Assembly: GCA_963766075.1 (NCBI GenBank)
Contig: CAVYAN010000086.1
Location: 1 to 64,000 of the forward strand
DNA from: an uncultured cyanobacterium
Lineage (GTDB): Bacteria > Cyanobacteriota > Cyanobacteriia > Leptolyngbyales > Leptolyngbyaceae
Reading direction: 5' to 3'
Length of the DNA: 64,000 nucleotides
Positions 42,989-54,376 of the stretch are shown here, piece by piece; within the stretch, counting starts at the first letter, position 1, and every line of letters starts with the position of its first letter. Below the pieces are notes generated by a model. That model had not been told where the DNA came from. It saw only the letters and a program-made list of their open reading frames with translations, and ran no database searches. The position numbers and the translations under genes are program-made.

Positions 42989-43609
42989 TCATTTGGCAAC
43001 AGTGCAGGGAAAAGGTTTGAGCCAGGTTTTTTGTAGGGTCCAGTCCAGGGTGAAGCGGACGATCGCAAACAAGAGCAAACTTTCACCCAGGGCGATCGCC
43101 GCAGGTAGTAAATCCTGAATCGTACGCAAACTGGCTTCCGACTGCGCCAAGCCGCGCACCAGGCCAAACGCCCCCACTGCCCCCGACTTTAAATGGGGAT
43201 TGCGGTCTTGACGAATGATGTAGCGATAGGTAACCCCAAATAAAAAGCCAGAGCATAGGGCGATCGCAGCACTGGCCGGGAGATACGTTGAGGTTAGGGA
43301 AACCAGGGGAATGTTTCCAAGCACTGGGGCCAAAGCCGGGGCCATGAAAAATTGGGTGATTAAAGTCGGAATCATGAAAAGTTGGACAATCGTCAGACTG
43401 CCCCAGGCCAAGCCCGCTGCCACCGCCCCAATCCCTCCGGCCTTAATGGATTCCATCCGTTCGGCCCAATCCAGGCGATCGAAGGTTTCCCTGGACGGCC
43501 CGCCTGCCGATACAAGTGCTGGCGCTGCTTCTACTGCTGGCGTTGCATCTACTGCTGGCGTTGCATCTACCCGCTTCATCTGCTTATCCTGATCCGCATT
43601 CCGCCCCAT
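42989..43609 (-). CDS. Membrane hypothetical protein
   Basis: ERMESIKAG, GFLFGVTYRYIIRQDRNPHLKSGAVGAFGLVRGLA. Start uncertain. Confidence 0.8.
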   Translation of the reverse strand: MGRNADQDKQMKRVDATPAVDATPAVEAAPALVSAGGPSRETFDRLDWAERMESIKAGGIGAVAAGLAWGSLTIVQLFMIPTLITQFFMAPALAPVLGNIPLVSLTSTYLPASAAIALCSGFLFGVTYRYIIRQDRNPHLKSGAVGAFGLVRGLAQSEASLRTIQDLLPAAIALGESLLLFAIVRFTLDWTLQKTWLKPFPCTVAK

Positions 43610-43821
43610 TCTCGCATGTCCTTCGCACCACCATCCTGACCCGACTTTGGGCAATTCGCATCCAGAGTGCCCTAGAGAGGTAAAATAGATTGCCTAGCGA
43701 TTTCTAAGAATTACTGGGCAGAATTGCTCGGTAAATTTTCCACTCAGTAAGAATTTGCTTGGCCAATTTTTCCCTCAGTCAGATTGTCAACGCCCTTCGT
43801 TAAAAGACTCCTTAAAGACCC

Positions 43822-44381
43822 ATGATCTCCAGCAATGATTTTCGCCCCGGTGTCAGTATCGAACTGGATGGCAACGTTTGGAAAGTTGTGTCATTCCTGC
43901 ACGTTAAACCGGGCAAGGGGTCGGCATTTGTGCGCACAGAACTCAAAAACGTGCAGACGGGCAAGACCCTAGAGCGCACCTTCCGGGCCGGGGAAAGCGT
44001 TCCCCAGGCCACCCTAGAAAAAAGCACGATGCAGCACACCTATAAAGACGGTGAAGACTACGTGTTTATGGAAATGGAAACCTATGAAGAAGCCCGCCTC
44101 AGCGCCAAGCAGATTGGCGATCCGGTGAAGTACTTGAAGGAAGGCATGGAAGTGAATGTCGTCCGGTGGGGCGAAAAAGTCATGGAAGTGGAACTGCCGA
44201 ATTCTGTCGTTTTAGAAATTACCCAAACCGATCCCGGTGTGAAGGGCGATACCGCCACGGGGGGACAAAGCCTGCGATCGTCGAAACCGGAGCCCAAGTG
44301 ATGGTGCCTTTATTTATCAGCATCGGTGAAAAAATCAAGATTGATACCCGCACCGACAGCTATCTAGGTCGCGAAAACTAA
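43822..44381 (+). CDS. efp: Elongation factor P, -1 frameshift in a G6 run at 44259-44264 as given
   Basis: [24 protein letters not shown], then [10 protein letters not shown]...[11 protein letters not shown] in another frame. Confidence 0.95.
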
Positions 44382-44446
44382 GCCTTCGGCGATCCGTCAC
44401 GAGGAACTCTTTCCTTAGCCCCCTACCTGTGAGGTTTGCATCAACT

Positions 44447-44962
44447 GTGTCACTGGATATCAACGCCCTGCGTGAACTTCTGGCCTCTATAAACCAGACG
44501 GACATCACTGAACTCACTTTAAAAAGCGAAGATTTTGAATTAACGGTTCGTCGAGACACGCGTATCGTCGAGTCTGTCTCTGGGGTTTTCCCGAGTGCCC
44601 AAGCCCTGCATGATGCGGCGGTGATGGCTGCTGGTCAGCTTCCGGCGGGTGCACCTGACTCAGTGCGGGGCTCTGACGGCGCTCCCGTCTCTGCGGCTCC
44701 TCCCTCTGCCAAAGAGCGGCGACTGCTGGAAATTACTTCGCCCATGGTGGGGACATTTTACCGATCGCCCGCTCCCGATGAACCCCCCTTTGTGGATGTG
44801 GGCGATCGCGTGCGCCAAGGACAAACCGTTTGCATCATCGAAGCCATGAAGCTGATGAACGAACTGGAGTCAGAAGTTACCGGTGAAGTGGTGGAAGTCT
44901 TGGTCCAGGATGGCGAACCTGTGGAATATGGACAGCCTCTAATGCGGGTCAATCCGGGCTAA
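44447..44962 (+). CDS. accB: Acetyl-CoA carboxylase biotin carboxyl carrier protein
   Basis: SPMVGTFYRSP, EAMKLMNE; follows efp. Confidence 0.96.
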   Translation: MSLDINALRELLASINQTDITELTLKSEDFELTVRRDTRIVESVSGVFPSAQALHDAAVMAAGQLPAGAPDSVRGSDGAPVSAAPPSAKERRLLEITSPMVGTFYRSPAPDEPPFVDVGDRVRQGQTVCIIEAMKLMNELESEVTGEVVEVLVQDGEPVEYGQPLMRVNPG

Positions 44963-45003
44963 ACCAGGGCCTTGCCGTGGTCAAAGCCCTAGTTTAGGAA
45001 GTT

Positions 45004-45701
45004 TTATTGGGGAAAATCTTTTTCAAACTGCCGCCGCGTCAGTGGGCCATCCAGCTCTAGCCCCTCTCCCCCGAGGTTTTTCACAGGTTTTCCCTCTACA
45101 GAAAACCACACGGGGGCCTCTGGATTCTCACTCGTGACCGTGTAGAGCACCTGCCCCACGCGGGCTGTCATTGAGGCGCTTCCCCCACCCTGGACAAAGT
45201 CCTGGGACAGATCAACGTGGATACCGTCCGGCTTTACCGTGACGCTGCGCAACTTTGTATCCTTGGGAATTGTCGTCGTCACCCCCGCCTGGTTAGGACC
45301 AGCCAGGAGCGTTTTCAACGCCACTTCGGCTTTCGGAGCCGCAGATTGGCCCGTGCGGTGGCTAAAGGGTCAGGCACCAGCGCCACTTTGCTCCCTGTAT
45401 TTTTGACCCAATAGGTCCGGGGTAACCCCGGCGCGGATTGTTCCGGCGCTGTGGTAGCAGATTTGGATGTGGTGGAGGGACTGGCTGTGCTAGGGCCGAT
45501 TTTGGCGGCGGGTGCCTGCGTCTGGGGATTGGTGGCCGTGGACACACTGGGCTGAGGATTGATTGCCGTAGCAGGAGTGGGCGGGGTCGAGGCCGAATGC
45601 CAAGTCCACCATGCGATGGCACTCCCCGTTGTAAGCAGGAGTAATGTAAACCCTGCTAGAAGCCCCACGGGAAATGGACGGGGCGATCGCGGTTCTTGCA
45701 T
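45004..45701 (-). CDS. GerMN domain protein, frameshifted near 45350 as given
   Basis: TM and Pro-rich linker (45315..45701) join ALKTLLAGP...TTIPKDTKL...VDLSQDFVQGGGSASM (45004..45324) if one base is added. Confidence 0.85.
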
Positions 45702-45888
45702 GGGGAATCTCCAGGGAAAATGGGCAAGGCAGAATTAGAAACGAATTATGGACAAGGACAGGCTCAGGACTGCATCACCTGGATTGCCACAGGCTACCGA
45801 CCGGGCATCGCTATCGATAGCAGGCCATGGCTAACGTCGGCTATTTATAGCTTAGCTACACGGGATCAAGGGCCAATTTCAGACACCG

Positions 45889-46689
45889 CTAAGGTCTTTT
45901 TTGGAGCGCAGCAGGCAAAACTTGAACAAACGCAGCGAGGGCGAGTTGATGGTTATCAATCTGATATTGTAAGACCCGGGCTGTAATTCCAGCGGCCTCC
46001 AAATGTCTTAAATCCGAGTGCTCTGTAATCCCCTCAATCATTCCCCGCAGGAGTTCCTCGGGCACAGCTTCGCCGTTCAAGGTCACCCAAGGCCGCACCA
46101 ACTGCACCTGTCTGCCCTGAACAATGGCAACGCCTGACTCTACCACAATATCTAACTGCGCCGGATCGCCGGGTTCTCGGAGCGCCACCTGAAACCGGAG
46201 CCGCTGCTGGTCCAAAATCGTGATGCGCGGGTCGCGAAATTCATACCGCTGAATGCGGCGGCGCGTATCCTGGTCTTCCACCACGCTAGTCCCCAGACTA
46301 CGCAACCAATCCGTCGCGATTGGAGATTGTAAAGCACGGTTGAGATCGGCCTCATTAAGCGTCAACCGTGCGCCAAAGCGTAGAGGGGCATCCAACTGAA
46401 CTATGCCACGTCGCGCCCGCTGAGGATTCAACGCCACAGCGTCGGTTTCTAACTCCAAAACGGCAATTCGGATATCCTTGAGGGGAAACAGACCGCGCCC
46501 TGCAATCCGGATACGGTTAGCTTTGCCCTGTAATACCTGGTAACTGGGCGCGTTGTCAATCCGGACCTGTAATTGTTCAGCGGCCACGAATTGCTGGCGC
46601 AGTTTCTGTTCGGCCACGCGATCGATGACCCCACCCGCAGGCGCAATGATGATCAGCAAGCTCGATAGAAAAATTGTCAGAAACTCCAT
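45889..46689 (-). CDS. DUF2993 / LmeA-like protein
   Basis: QVRIDNAPSYQVLQGK, LELETD, LNEADLNRALQS. Confidence 0.8.
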   Translation of the reverse strand: MEFLTIFLSSLLIIIAPAGGVIDRVAEQKLRQQFVAAEQLQVRIDNAPSYQVLQGKANRIRIAGRGLFPLKDIRIAVLELETDAVALNPQRARRGIVQLDAPLRFGARLTLNEADLNRALQSPIATDWLRSLGTSVVEDQDTRRRIQRYEFRDPRITILDQQRLRFQVALREPGDPAQLDIVVESGVAIVQGRQVQLVRPWVTLNGEAVPEELLRGMIEGITEHSDLRHLEAAGITARVLQYQIDNHQLALAAFVQVLPAALQKRP

Positions 46690-47036
46690 GATGTACCAGG
46701 GCAAACTACATGATTTAGCGGGGAGAATGGAGAAGAGAGGGCGGGCATCTCCTTTCCCCAACAGTCAGAAAAGGTGACGCGAGAGTCGGCCTAACCGATT
46801 AACTGGCAACCGAGATTTTGGGCGCAGGATTCTTGAGCAGATATTGATTGGAGGATTGTTGAATCCGGTGTCACCCCCCTTGCCAAGGGAAGGAATTGAG
46901 GTGACAATCCTCCTCTCTCCCCTTGGTCATGAAGACTTTGGGGGGCGATTCGCGCACCAGGGGCCCAGAAATCGCTAGGTCGCGGAGGGGCTAGGATCGC
47001 CAACGGATTAACCGGCAAGACAACAGTGATGGGGGC

Positions 47037-48641
47037 GTGGTGCTGTTACAAAGTTTACTGGATCATTCCAGTGATTTAGTCCAGGAAATGACGCTGAATG
47101 GCCAATTGAGCTTCGTTAATGCCGCTTGGCGGCAGATTTTGGGCTATGGTGACGAGGAATGGGAGAGGCTGAACGGCTTTGAGGTCGTGGCAGAGTGCTG
47201 GCGATCGCCCCTACAGTCGCTACTGCATAAGGTCTTGGACACCCAAACCGACGGGGAGTTCCAAGGTAGCCTGTTGAACCGACTGGGACAGGAAATTCCA
47301 GTGCAAGGGCATATTGTATGCGACCCCAATCCCACACCTTTCTGCAGTACCGTGTGGATTTTGTGGCGACCAGTCGTCAATCCGCCCGAAACGGTCCCGC
47401 AGACGGGGGAACTCCCCTGGGGTAAACCATTCGGCTCCTGCGTCGTGAATGAAGAGCCGTCACAGTGGATACCGTTCAAAGAGGAGGCAAGCGTCCTTTC
47501 GGAACAGGTGATCAAGCAGCAGCAAGAGCAACTGCGCCTTGTCCTCATGACTGCCAAAATGGGCACCTGGGAATGGGACTTTTTCTCCGGACGGCAATTC
47601 TGGTCCGAAACCCTAGAAACCCTGTTCGGGTTAGCCCCCGGAGGATTTGACGGTCGGCTAGAAACTTTTTATGACCACATCTATTCCGAAGATTTGCGGC
47701 GCGTTCAAGCATTACATCAGCGAATGCGGACGACGGGGGGAGAATTTCAAGAAGTCTATCGCATCGTGCTGCCCAATGGCAGTCTGCGTTGGCTGCGGAG
47801 CCAGGGACAAGTCTACACCGATGCCCAAGGGCACCCGAGTAGTAGCTTTGGAGTCAGCATGGACATTACTGAATACAAATATGCAGAGGCAAAACTCCTA
47901 GAGGCGCTGGCCCAGGAGCGGGATCTGGGGGCACTGAAGTCGCGCTTTGTCTCAATGGTATCCCATGAAGTCCGCACCCCCCTGACCACAATCATGAGTT
48001 CTGTTGATGTTCTACAAAATATTCCCTGCGAAGAGACAGAACGTCAAGAATTATTTGCGTTGATTCAGTCCTCCATTCGTCGGATGGTGCAATTGCTGGA
48101 AGACGCCCTATCGATTGGCTTGAGGGACTCGGGTACCGCGACACTACAGCCCACGCAATTTGATCTAGTGGCTTTTTGCCAGCACCTGATCCAGGATTTG
48201 CAATCTAGTCTGGGCTGGGAACACCGACTGCAACTGGATTGGGAGGCTCGGGAATCCTGGGTTTGCCTAGACTCCAAACTGCTCCGGCAAATTCTGAATA
48301 ACTTGCTGGGTAATGCCATCAAGTATTCAGCTCCGGGCAGCATGGTGACCCTACAGGTGATGCACTGCAGCGATCGCCTCCAGTTTCAGATTCAAGATCA
48401 GGGCATCGGCATTCCTCCGGAGGAACAACAACACCTATTTAATGACTTTTATCGCGCTCGTAATGTGGGCACAGTTAAGGGCACAGGCTTGGGCCTAGCG
48501 ATTGTCAAAAACAGTGTGGAACGTCATGGTGGAGCCATTACCGTTGCCAGTGATCTGGGTGTGGGCACAACGGTTACCGTCACGTTGCCCTTATCCCACG
48601 GCAACGCCATTGGTAGTGAATCCAAAAACTGCCCAGAATGA
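47037..48641 (+). CDS. PAS-domain sensor histidine kinase
   Basis: Two PAS domains; SHEVRTPL, NLLGNAIKY, DQGIGI, GTGLGL. Confidence 0.93.
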   Translation: MVLLQSLLDHSSDLVQEMTLNGQLSFVNAAWRQILGYGDEEWERLNGFEVVAECWRSPLQSLLHKVLDTQTDGEFQGSLLNRLGQEIPVQGHIVCDPNPTPFCSTVWILWRPVVNPPETVPQTGELPWGKPFGSCVVNEEPSQWIPFKEEASVLSEQVIKQQQEQLRLVLMTAKMGTWEWDFFSGRQFWSETLETLFGLAPGGFDGRLETFYDHIYSEDLRRVQALHQRMRTTGGEFQEVYRIVLPNGSLRWLRSQGQVYTDAQGHPSSSFGVSMDITEYKYAEAKLLEALAQERDLGALKSRFVSMVSHEVRTPLTTIMSSVDVLQNIPCEETERQELFALIQSSIRRMVQLLEDALSIGLRDSGTATLQPTQFDLVAFCQHLIQDLQSSLGWEHRLQLDWEARESWVCLDSKLLRQILNNLLGNAIKYSAPGSMVTLQVMHCSDRLQFQIQDQGIGIPPEEQQHLFNDFYRARNVGTVKGTGLGLAIVKNSVERHGGAITVASDLGVGTTVTVTLPLSHGNAIGSESKNCPE

Positions 48642-48697
48642 TGGCTCAATCATTAAACCTTCCCCTTGCTAATCCCTACCTGACTAATCTCCACCTC

Positions 48698-49120
48698 CTA
48701 ATCCCCACCAATACTGATGCCACTGCCCAGAGTATTAGCATCGGTCAGATTGATACCTGTAAAGGTGGCTCCAGTGGTGTTGGCGTAGATGATAGTGGCA
48801 TTGGCAAGATTGGCATTGGTCAAGTTGGCCCAATCCAGCGTGGAATTGGTTAGGTAAGCACCTTGAAGGTTTGCCTCTTTCAGGTTTGCCCCAGTGAGAT
48901 CAGCACCTTCTAGATTCGCATGGGAGAGAATGGCACCCTGAAGATTGGCATCACGAAGATCAGCGCCAATCAAATGGGCCGTGGATAAATTTGCTCCGGC
49001 AAGGTCACAGCCCGCGCAGGCTCCTGTAGTGAGCAGTTGGGTAACCTGGGCGGGATTTTCGGCATAGGCCGGTATCGCGATCGCGGTAGCTATTAATGTG
49101 GCGAGAACTGCGAATTTCAT
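48698..49120 (-). CDS. Secreted pentapeptide repeat protein
   Basis: Signal peptide, CAGCDL, A(N/D)LxxA repeats. Confidence 0.92.
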   Translation of the reverse strand: MKFAVLATLIATAIAIPAYAENPAQVTQLLTTGACAGCDLAGANLSTAHLIGADLRDANLQGAILSHANLEGADLTGANLKEANLQGAYLTNSTLDWANLTNANLANATIIYANTTGATFTGINLTDANTLGSGISIGGD

Positions 49121-49375
49121 AATCAGATCCTCCTTGATACAAGGGGTGCAGCCTGCTAACACAACTATTCTCTCATTTCTATAGAAATAAGGAGGCTGTA
49201 GTCGAGATAACTTAATATCTAGAGATATTTAGAACGGCTAACCCATAACGTATATTCATAAAAACGAGGAACAATTACGCAAAAAGGGAGATGTCATTTC
49301 CTAAGCTAGCCGCCATTTTTAATTTTTAATTCTTCAAATCATTCTTCAAAGGTAATTCTTCAAAGGGAGCTAGGC

Positions 49376-50173
49376 GTGGAGAGTAAGCAATGGGCACGCT
49401 ATGGTCATTTGGTTAGCCTGTTTTGGCGGATGGCGATCGCTGCTGAACTGGAGTATCGTCTCAACTTTGTTCTGGCGACTCTCAGCAGTCTCGGGGGATT
49501 AGCCGGGAGCCTGTTTGGGCTGTTTTTGTTCTATCGCACTGGCTACACATTTCCAGGCTGGGGCTGGGAACAAGCGCTGATCATCGTCGGCCTATTTACG
49601 GTTTTTCAAGGGTTTGCCAATACCTTTCTCGCACCCAATTTGAGTCGGATTGTGCGGCATATTCAGGAAGGCACCCTGGACTTTATTCTACTGAAACCGA
49701 TTGATTCGCAGTTTTGGCTATCGACCCACACCCTATCCCCTTGGGGATTGCCCGATTTAGGGTTTGGGTTGGTGGTGATTGGCTATGCGGGCGGACGACT
49801 GGGGGTCAATTGGAGTGATTACGGATGGAGCCTGATGCCACTGGCCTGTGGCTTTTTAATCCTTTATAGCCTTTGGTTCGTGCTGGGTGCGACCAGCATT
49901 TGGTTCGTTAAGATCTATAACGTTACCGAAGTGCTGCGGGGCTTGCTAAAGGCGGGCCGATATCCGATGGCGGCCTATCCGGCGGCTTATCGCGTGTTTT
50001 TTACGTTTGTTGTGCCGGTGGCGTTTCTGACGACGGTGCCTGCGGAAGTGCTGCTAGGCCGGGGCAGTTGGCCCTGGGCGGTGGGTTCAGGGCTGTTGGC
50101 GATCGCGCTGTTCTGCTTTTCCCGGCAATTCTGGAAATTTGCCCTGCGGTCCTACACCAGTGCCTCCAGTTGA
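49376..50173 (+). CDS. ABC-2 family permease (DUF990 type)
   Basis: EYRLNF, GTLDFILLKPIDSQF, ALRSYTSASS. Confidence 0.9.
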   Translation: MESKQWARYGHLVSLFWRMAIAAELEYRLNFVLATLSSLGGLAGSLFGLFLFYRTGYTFPGWGWEQALIIVGLFTVFQGFANTFLAPNLSRIVRHIQEGTLDFILLKPIDSQFWLSTHTLSPWGLPDLGFGLVVIGYAGGRLGVNWSDYGWSLMPLACGFLILYSLWFVLGATSIWFVKIYNVTEVLRGLLKAGRYPMAAYPAAYRVFFTFVVPVAFLTTVPAEVLLGRGSWPWAVGSGLLAIALFCFSRQFWKFALRSYTSASS

Positions 50174-50184
50174 TTGGCCCTGAC

Positions 50185-50826
50185 TCAATCAAAGTGCGCT
50201 AAATCAGGATGCGCTAAATCAGAATGCGCCAAATCAGCCAGGGTATTGCAGTTCAATAGAACGGCGGGATCTTCGACCTGGAGCGGTTTGACCAATTCGC
50301 CTGCTAGCCACTGTTGAAAGGACCGCGTGCCTTGGGAGATCGCCCCTTGGAGCCGCTCTAGGCCGTCGCGCCGATAAAAACCACACAAAGGTTCCCATCC
50401 CTTTTCTCCCAGCGGCAAGACTGCAATTTCCTCGGTAGCCTGGGCGAGTTGATGGCTCCACTGCTGCACGCTCTCTCCGTTGATGCGGGGCAAGTCGCAG
50501 GCCAAAACCAGCACCCACTCGGTATGCACCTGGGCCAATCCCTGGGCCAAGGCCAATAAGGGGCCGGCGGTGGCTTGAGTCGAATCGGCGGGACGTGCTT
50601 CGGCAAGCCACTGGCAAGCGGCAGGGGCGATCGCCCGATACCGCTCGGGCCAGGGCGTCAGGATATACACGGGATCCGCACAGGCCAAGGCGGCTACACA
50701 GACTCGGGTCAGCATCGGTACCCCGTTAATGGCAATGAGTGCTTTATCCCGCCCCATGCGCGTACTCTGGCCACCCGCCAAAATCAACCCCGACAGCGAG
50801 AGGTCATGCATAATCACTGATTCCAT
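50185..50826 (-). CDS. mobA: Molybdenum cofactor guanylyltransferase
   Basis: LAGGQSTRMGRDKA, GPL, LACDLP, EPLCGFY. Confidence 0.92.
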   Translation of the reverse strand: MESVIMHDLSLSGLILAGGQSTRMGRDKALIAINGVPMLTRVCVAALACADPVYILTPWPERYRAIAPAACQWLAEARPADSTQATAGPLLALAQGLAQVHTEWVLVLACDLPRINGESVQQWSHQLAQATEEIAVLPLGEKGWEPLCGFYRRDGLERLQGAISQGTRSFQQWLAGELVKPLQVEDPAVLLNCNTLADLAHSDLAHPDLAHFD

Positions 50827-50924
50827 CGCACTGATTCCATCGCTTTACTGTGCCGCCGCTTTACATCGCGATTGCTCTTCATCACGATGGCTCCACAGGG
50901 CACCTGCTTTACAGGGCACCTGTT

Positions 50925-51257
50925 TTACATCGCTACTTTCTTGACATGATCCAGCATTTGCAAGCCGTGGATTAGCGAGGCTCCCCCCCGAATGGCGGTG
51001 GCCACATGCACGGCTTCAGTCATTTGCTCCAGGTCTGACCCTTGTTGTAGGCACTCTTTGGCGTAGGCATCGATGCAGTAAGGGCACTGCACTGCATGGG
51101 CCACCGCTAGGGCAATCAGGGCTTTTTCGCGGGCAGAGAGCGCCCCCTCGGCAAAGACAGCTCCATAATAGGCAAAGAATTTTTCCGCCAATTCGGGGCT
51201 GCCTTCGCTGATTTGGCCGAAGTTAGGTAAATGCTGAGGGTTATAGTAGGGGTCCAT
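50925..51257 (-). CDS. AhpD/CMD-like protein (arsenosugar-associated peroxidase-like type)
   Basis: GALSAREKALIALAVAHAVQCPYCIDAY. Confidence 0.88.
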   Translation of the reverse strand: MDPYYNPQHLPNFGQISEGSPELAEKFFAYYGAVFAEGALSAREKALIALAVAHAVQCPYCIDAYAKECLQQGSDLEQMTEAVHVATAIRGGASLIHGLQMLDHVKKVAM

Positions 51258-51373
51258 GGGCGCGGAGAATGGGCGAAGGGGCGGGGCAGAGGGAATCGAC
51301 GGAAGCTTGTAGACTTGAGATTATCGCATTGAAATCCGATTGACATCGCATTAAATGGGCGGAGATATTGACT

Positions 51374-52729
51374 ATGGTGGTTGCTTCTGGGGTTGAGTCG
51401 TTGGGGATGGGATCGTTGGGGGTGGGGCCTTCGGGAGTAGGGCCGTTGGCCGAGATTGCCAAAACCACGCGAGCCCAGGCACGGCAGCTGGCTGGGTTTC
51501 CCGAAAGCGTTCGGAATCAAGCCCTGGAGGCGATCGCCCAGGCCCTAGAATCTCAGGCCGCGATCATTCTGGCCACCAATGCCGCCGATTGTCAGGTGGC
51601 ACAGGCGGAGGGCATCGCCTCAGCCCTGTATGCGCGTCTGAAGCTGGATGAAAGCAAATTACGGGGGGCGATCGCGGGCATTCGTGATGTGGCCCGATTG
51701 CCGGATCCGATTGGGGCTGTGCAGATCCATCGCGAATTGGATCAGGGCTTAGAGCTGAAGCGCGTGGCCTGTTCCTTGGGTGTGCTGGGGGTGATTTTTG
51801 AGGCTCGCCCGGATGCCGTCATGCAAATCTCCAGCTTGGCGATTAAGTCGGGGAATGGGGTGATTTTGAAAGGAGGCCGAGAGGCAGTACGGTCCTGCGA
51901 GGCACTGGTGACAGCGATTCGGGCGGGCTTAGCCACCACGGCGATCAGCCCCGATGTGGTGCAACTGTTAACGACGCGGGCAGAAACTTTGGAGTTGCTG
52001 GCCTGTGAGCAATATGTGGATTTGATTATTCCCAGAGGATCTAACGCCTTTGTGCAGTTTGTGCAAAATAATACGCGCATTCCGGTGTTGGGCCATGCCG
52101 ATGGCATTTGCCACTTATACGTGGATCAGTCCGCCGACATCGCCCAGGCCGTGCAGATTGCCGTGGATTCTAAAACCCAATACCCCGCTGCCTGTAATGC
52201 GATTGAGACTTTGTTAGTGCATCGGGCGATCGCCCCGACTTTCATACCAGCGGTGGTGTCAGCCCTGGACGCGCAACGGGTAACCCTACGCGGTGATGCG
52301 GCTGCGCAGGCAATCTGTCCCATGGCGGCGGCGACGGAGGTGGACTGGGCCACGGAGTACAGCGATCTGATTTTGGCGATTAAAGTGGTGGATAATCTGA
52401 CCGCCGCGATCGCCCACATCAATACCTATGGGTCGCGCCATACCGAGGCGATCGTCACCCAGGATGACGCTGCTGCCGCCACCTTTATGGCCCAAGTCGA
52501 TGCTGCCGGAGTATTTCGCAATTGCTCAACTCGCTTTGCCGATGGCTTCCGCTATGGCTTTGGGGCAGAAGTGGGGATTAGCACCCAAAAAATGCCCCCC
52601 CGAGGCCCGGTGGGTCTGGAAGGCTTGGTGACCTACAAGTACGAATTGGTGGGCTGTGGACAGATTGTCGCCACCTATACTGGGACGAATGCCAAGGCGT
52701 TTACACACCGGGACTTGTTGCATCCGTAG
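51374..52729 (+). CDS. proA: Gamma-glutamyl phosphate reductase
   Basis: [35 protein letters not shown]...RGPVGLEGL. Confidence 0.96.
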   Translation: MVVASGVESLGMGSLGVGPSGVGPLAEIAKTTRAQARQLAGFPESVRNQALEAIAQALESQAAIILATNAADCQVAQAEGIASALYARLKLDESKLRGAIAGIRDVARLPDPIGAVQIHRELDQGLELKRVACSLGVLGVIFEARPDAVMQISSLAIKSGNGVILKGGREAVRSCEALVTAIRAGLATTAISPDVVQLLTTRAETLELLACEQYVDLIIPRGSNAFVQFVQNNTRIPVLGHADGICHLYVDQSADIAQAVQIAVDSKTQYPAACNAIETLLVHRAIAPTFIPAVVSALDAQRVTLRGDAAAQAICPMAAATEVDWATEYSDLILAIKVVDNLTAAIAHINTYGSRHTEAIVTQDDAAAATFMAQVDAAGVFRNCSTRFADGFRYGFGAEVGISTQKMPPRGPVGLEGLVTYKYELVGCGQIVATYTGTNAKAFTHRDLLHP

Positions 52730-52853
52730 GGATCCGGGCAGCGAGTACACCAGGCAGCCCAGTCTGGGCGTTCTAGCGGTCTGGGCGTTCCCGCAGGGTG
52801 AGCGATCGTCCCGTACAATAGGGAATGCAAAAATTTTGGGGCACCGCCTTCCT

Positions 52854-54326
52854 ATGACCGTTCGCGTTCGCATTGCACCCAGTCCCACGGGCAATCTCCA
52901 CATCGGCACCGCCCGCACCGCCGTCTTCAATTGGCTCTTTGCCCGTCACCACGGCGGCACATTTTTGCTGCGGGTGGAGGATACCGACTTGGAGCGATCG
53001 CGGCCCGAATACACCCAAAATATTCTGGATGGCCTCACCTGGCTCGGCTTAACCTGGGACGAAGGCCCCTTTTTCCAAAGTCAGCGCCTCGATCTCTATC
53101 GCCAGTCCATTCAGCGCCTGCTCGACCAGGGGTTGGCCTATCGCGCCTACGAGACCCCAGCTGAGCTGGATGCCATGCGGGAGCAGCAAAAAGCGCGCAA
53201 CGAAGCCCCGCGCTACGACAACCGCCATCGCAACTTAACCCCCGAGCAAATCGCCGCCTTTGAGGCCGAAGGGCGCCACGCCGTCATCCGGTTTAAAATT
53301 CAGGACAGCCGCGACATTACCTGGAATGACCTGGTCCGGGGGACTGTGGCGTGGAAAGGCCGTGACCTCGGCGGCGATATGGTGATTGCCCGCGCCGCCC
53401 CCGCGAGTGAAATTGGCCAACCGCTGTATAACTTTGTGGTGGTGGTGGATGACATTGATATGCGCATCTCGCATGTCATTCGCGGCGAAGACCACATTGG
53501 CAACACCCCCAAGCAGATCCTGCTGTATGAAGCCCTCGGCGCAGCGATCCCCACCTTTGGGCACACCCCGCTAATCTTGAACCAGTCCGGTGCCAAACTC
53601 TCCAAACGGGATGGCGTTACTTCGATTTTTGACTTTAAGGAGATGGGCTATTTGCCAGAGGCGATCGCCAACTACATGACCTTGCTGGGATGGTCGCCCC
53701 CGGAAACCATGACAGAAATCTTCGCCCTACCGGCAGCGGCCTCAGCCTTTAGCTTCGATCGCGTCAACAAGGCCGGGGCCAAATTTGACTGGGACAAACT
53801 GAACTGGCTGAATGGGCAGTACCTGCATCCCCTGCCCGCCGACCAACTCACTGATTTGCTCATGCCCTACTGGCAGGCGGCGGGGTATACCGTTGATGCT
53901 GGGGATTCTCCCTGGGGAACATTCGATCAACGCCCCTGGCTCGAACGCCTTAGTGCTGTGATCGGTCCCAGTCTGTCCAAGCTGTCCGAAGCCCCGGACA
54001 TGACCCGCTATTTGTTCGTGCTGGATGCGGGCTGTGCCGAGGATGCCCAAACCCACCTCAAACAGGATGGCGTCGTGGCTGTCCTCCAAGGCATTCTGGA
54101 TGGTCTGCCCTCGGAGCCGTTGACAGAGGAGACGATCCAAGCCCTGATTCAACAGGTTGTGAAGGCCCAGGGAGTCAAAAAAGGATTAGTGATGAAGTCT
54201 CTGCGCGCCGCCCTCACGGGGGCGCTGCAAGGTCCAGACCTGGTGCAATCCTGGATCCTCCTGAATGCCAAAGGCTGGGATCGCATTCGCCTACAAGTTC
54301 TGCTGACCTTGCTGACGGGCGCATAG
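52854..54326 (+). CDS. gltX: Glutamate--tRNA ligase
   Basis: [23 protein letters not shown]. Confidence 0.97.
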   Translation: MTVRVRIAPSPTGNLHIGTARTAVFNWLFARHHGGTFLLRVEDTDLERSRPEYTQNILDGLTWLGLTWDEGPFFQSQRLDLYRQSIQRLLDQGLAYRAYETPAELDAMREQQKARNEAPRYDNRHRNLTPEQIAAFEAEGRHAVIRFKIQDSRDITWNDLVRGTVAWKGRDLGGDMVIARAAPASEIGQPLYNFVVVVDDIDMRISHVIRGEDHIGNTPKQILLYEALGAAIPTFGHTPLILNQSGAKLSKRDGVTSIFDFKEMGYLPEAIANYMTLLGWSPPETMTEIFALPAAASAFSFDRVNKAGAKFDWDKLNWLNGQYLHPLPADQLTDLLMPYWQAAGYTVDAGDSPWGTFDQRPWLERLSAVIGPSLSKLSEAPDMTRYLFVLDAGCAEDAQTHLKQDGVVAVLQGILDGLPSEPLTEETIQALIQQVVKAQGVKKGLVMKSLRAALTGALQGPDLVQSWILLNAKGWDRIRLQVLLTLLTGA

Positions 54327-54376
54327 CCTGCCGGGGAGGAGAACTTTACCCGTCCGCCCTCCCTGATAATCGCCCG

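Noticed and set aside
44250..44301. Programmed ribosomal frameshift in efp
   Set aside because: No precedent known to me, and similar indels in unrelated genes favour assembly error.
49198..49211. NtcA-like GTA-N8-AAC upstream of the pentapeptide gene
   Set aside because: Imperfect site with no TAN3T at the 22-nt spacing toward that gene.
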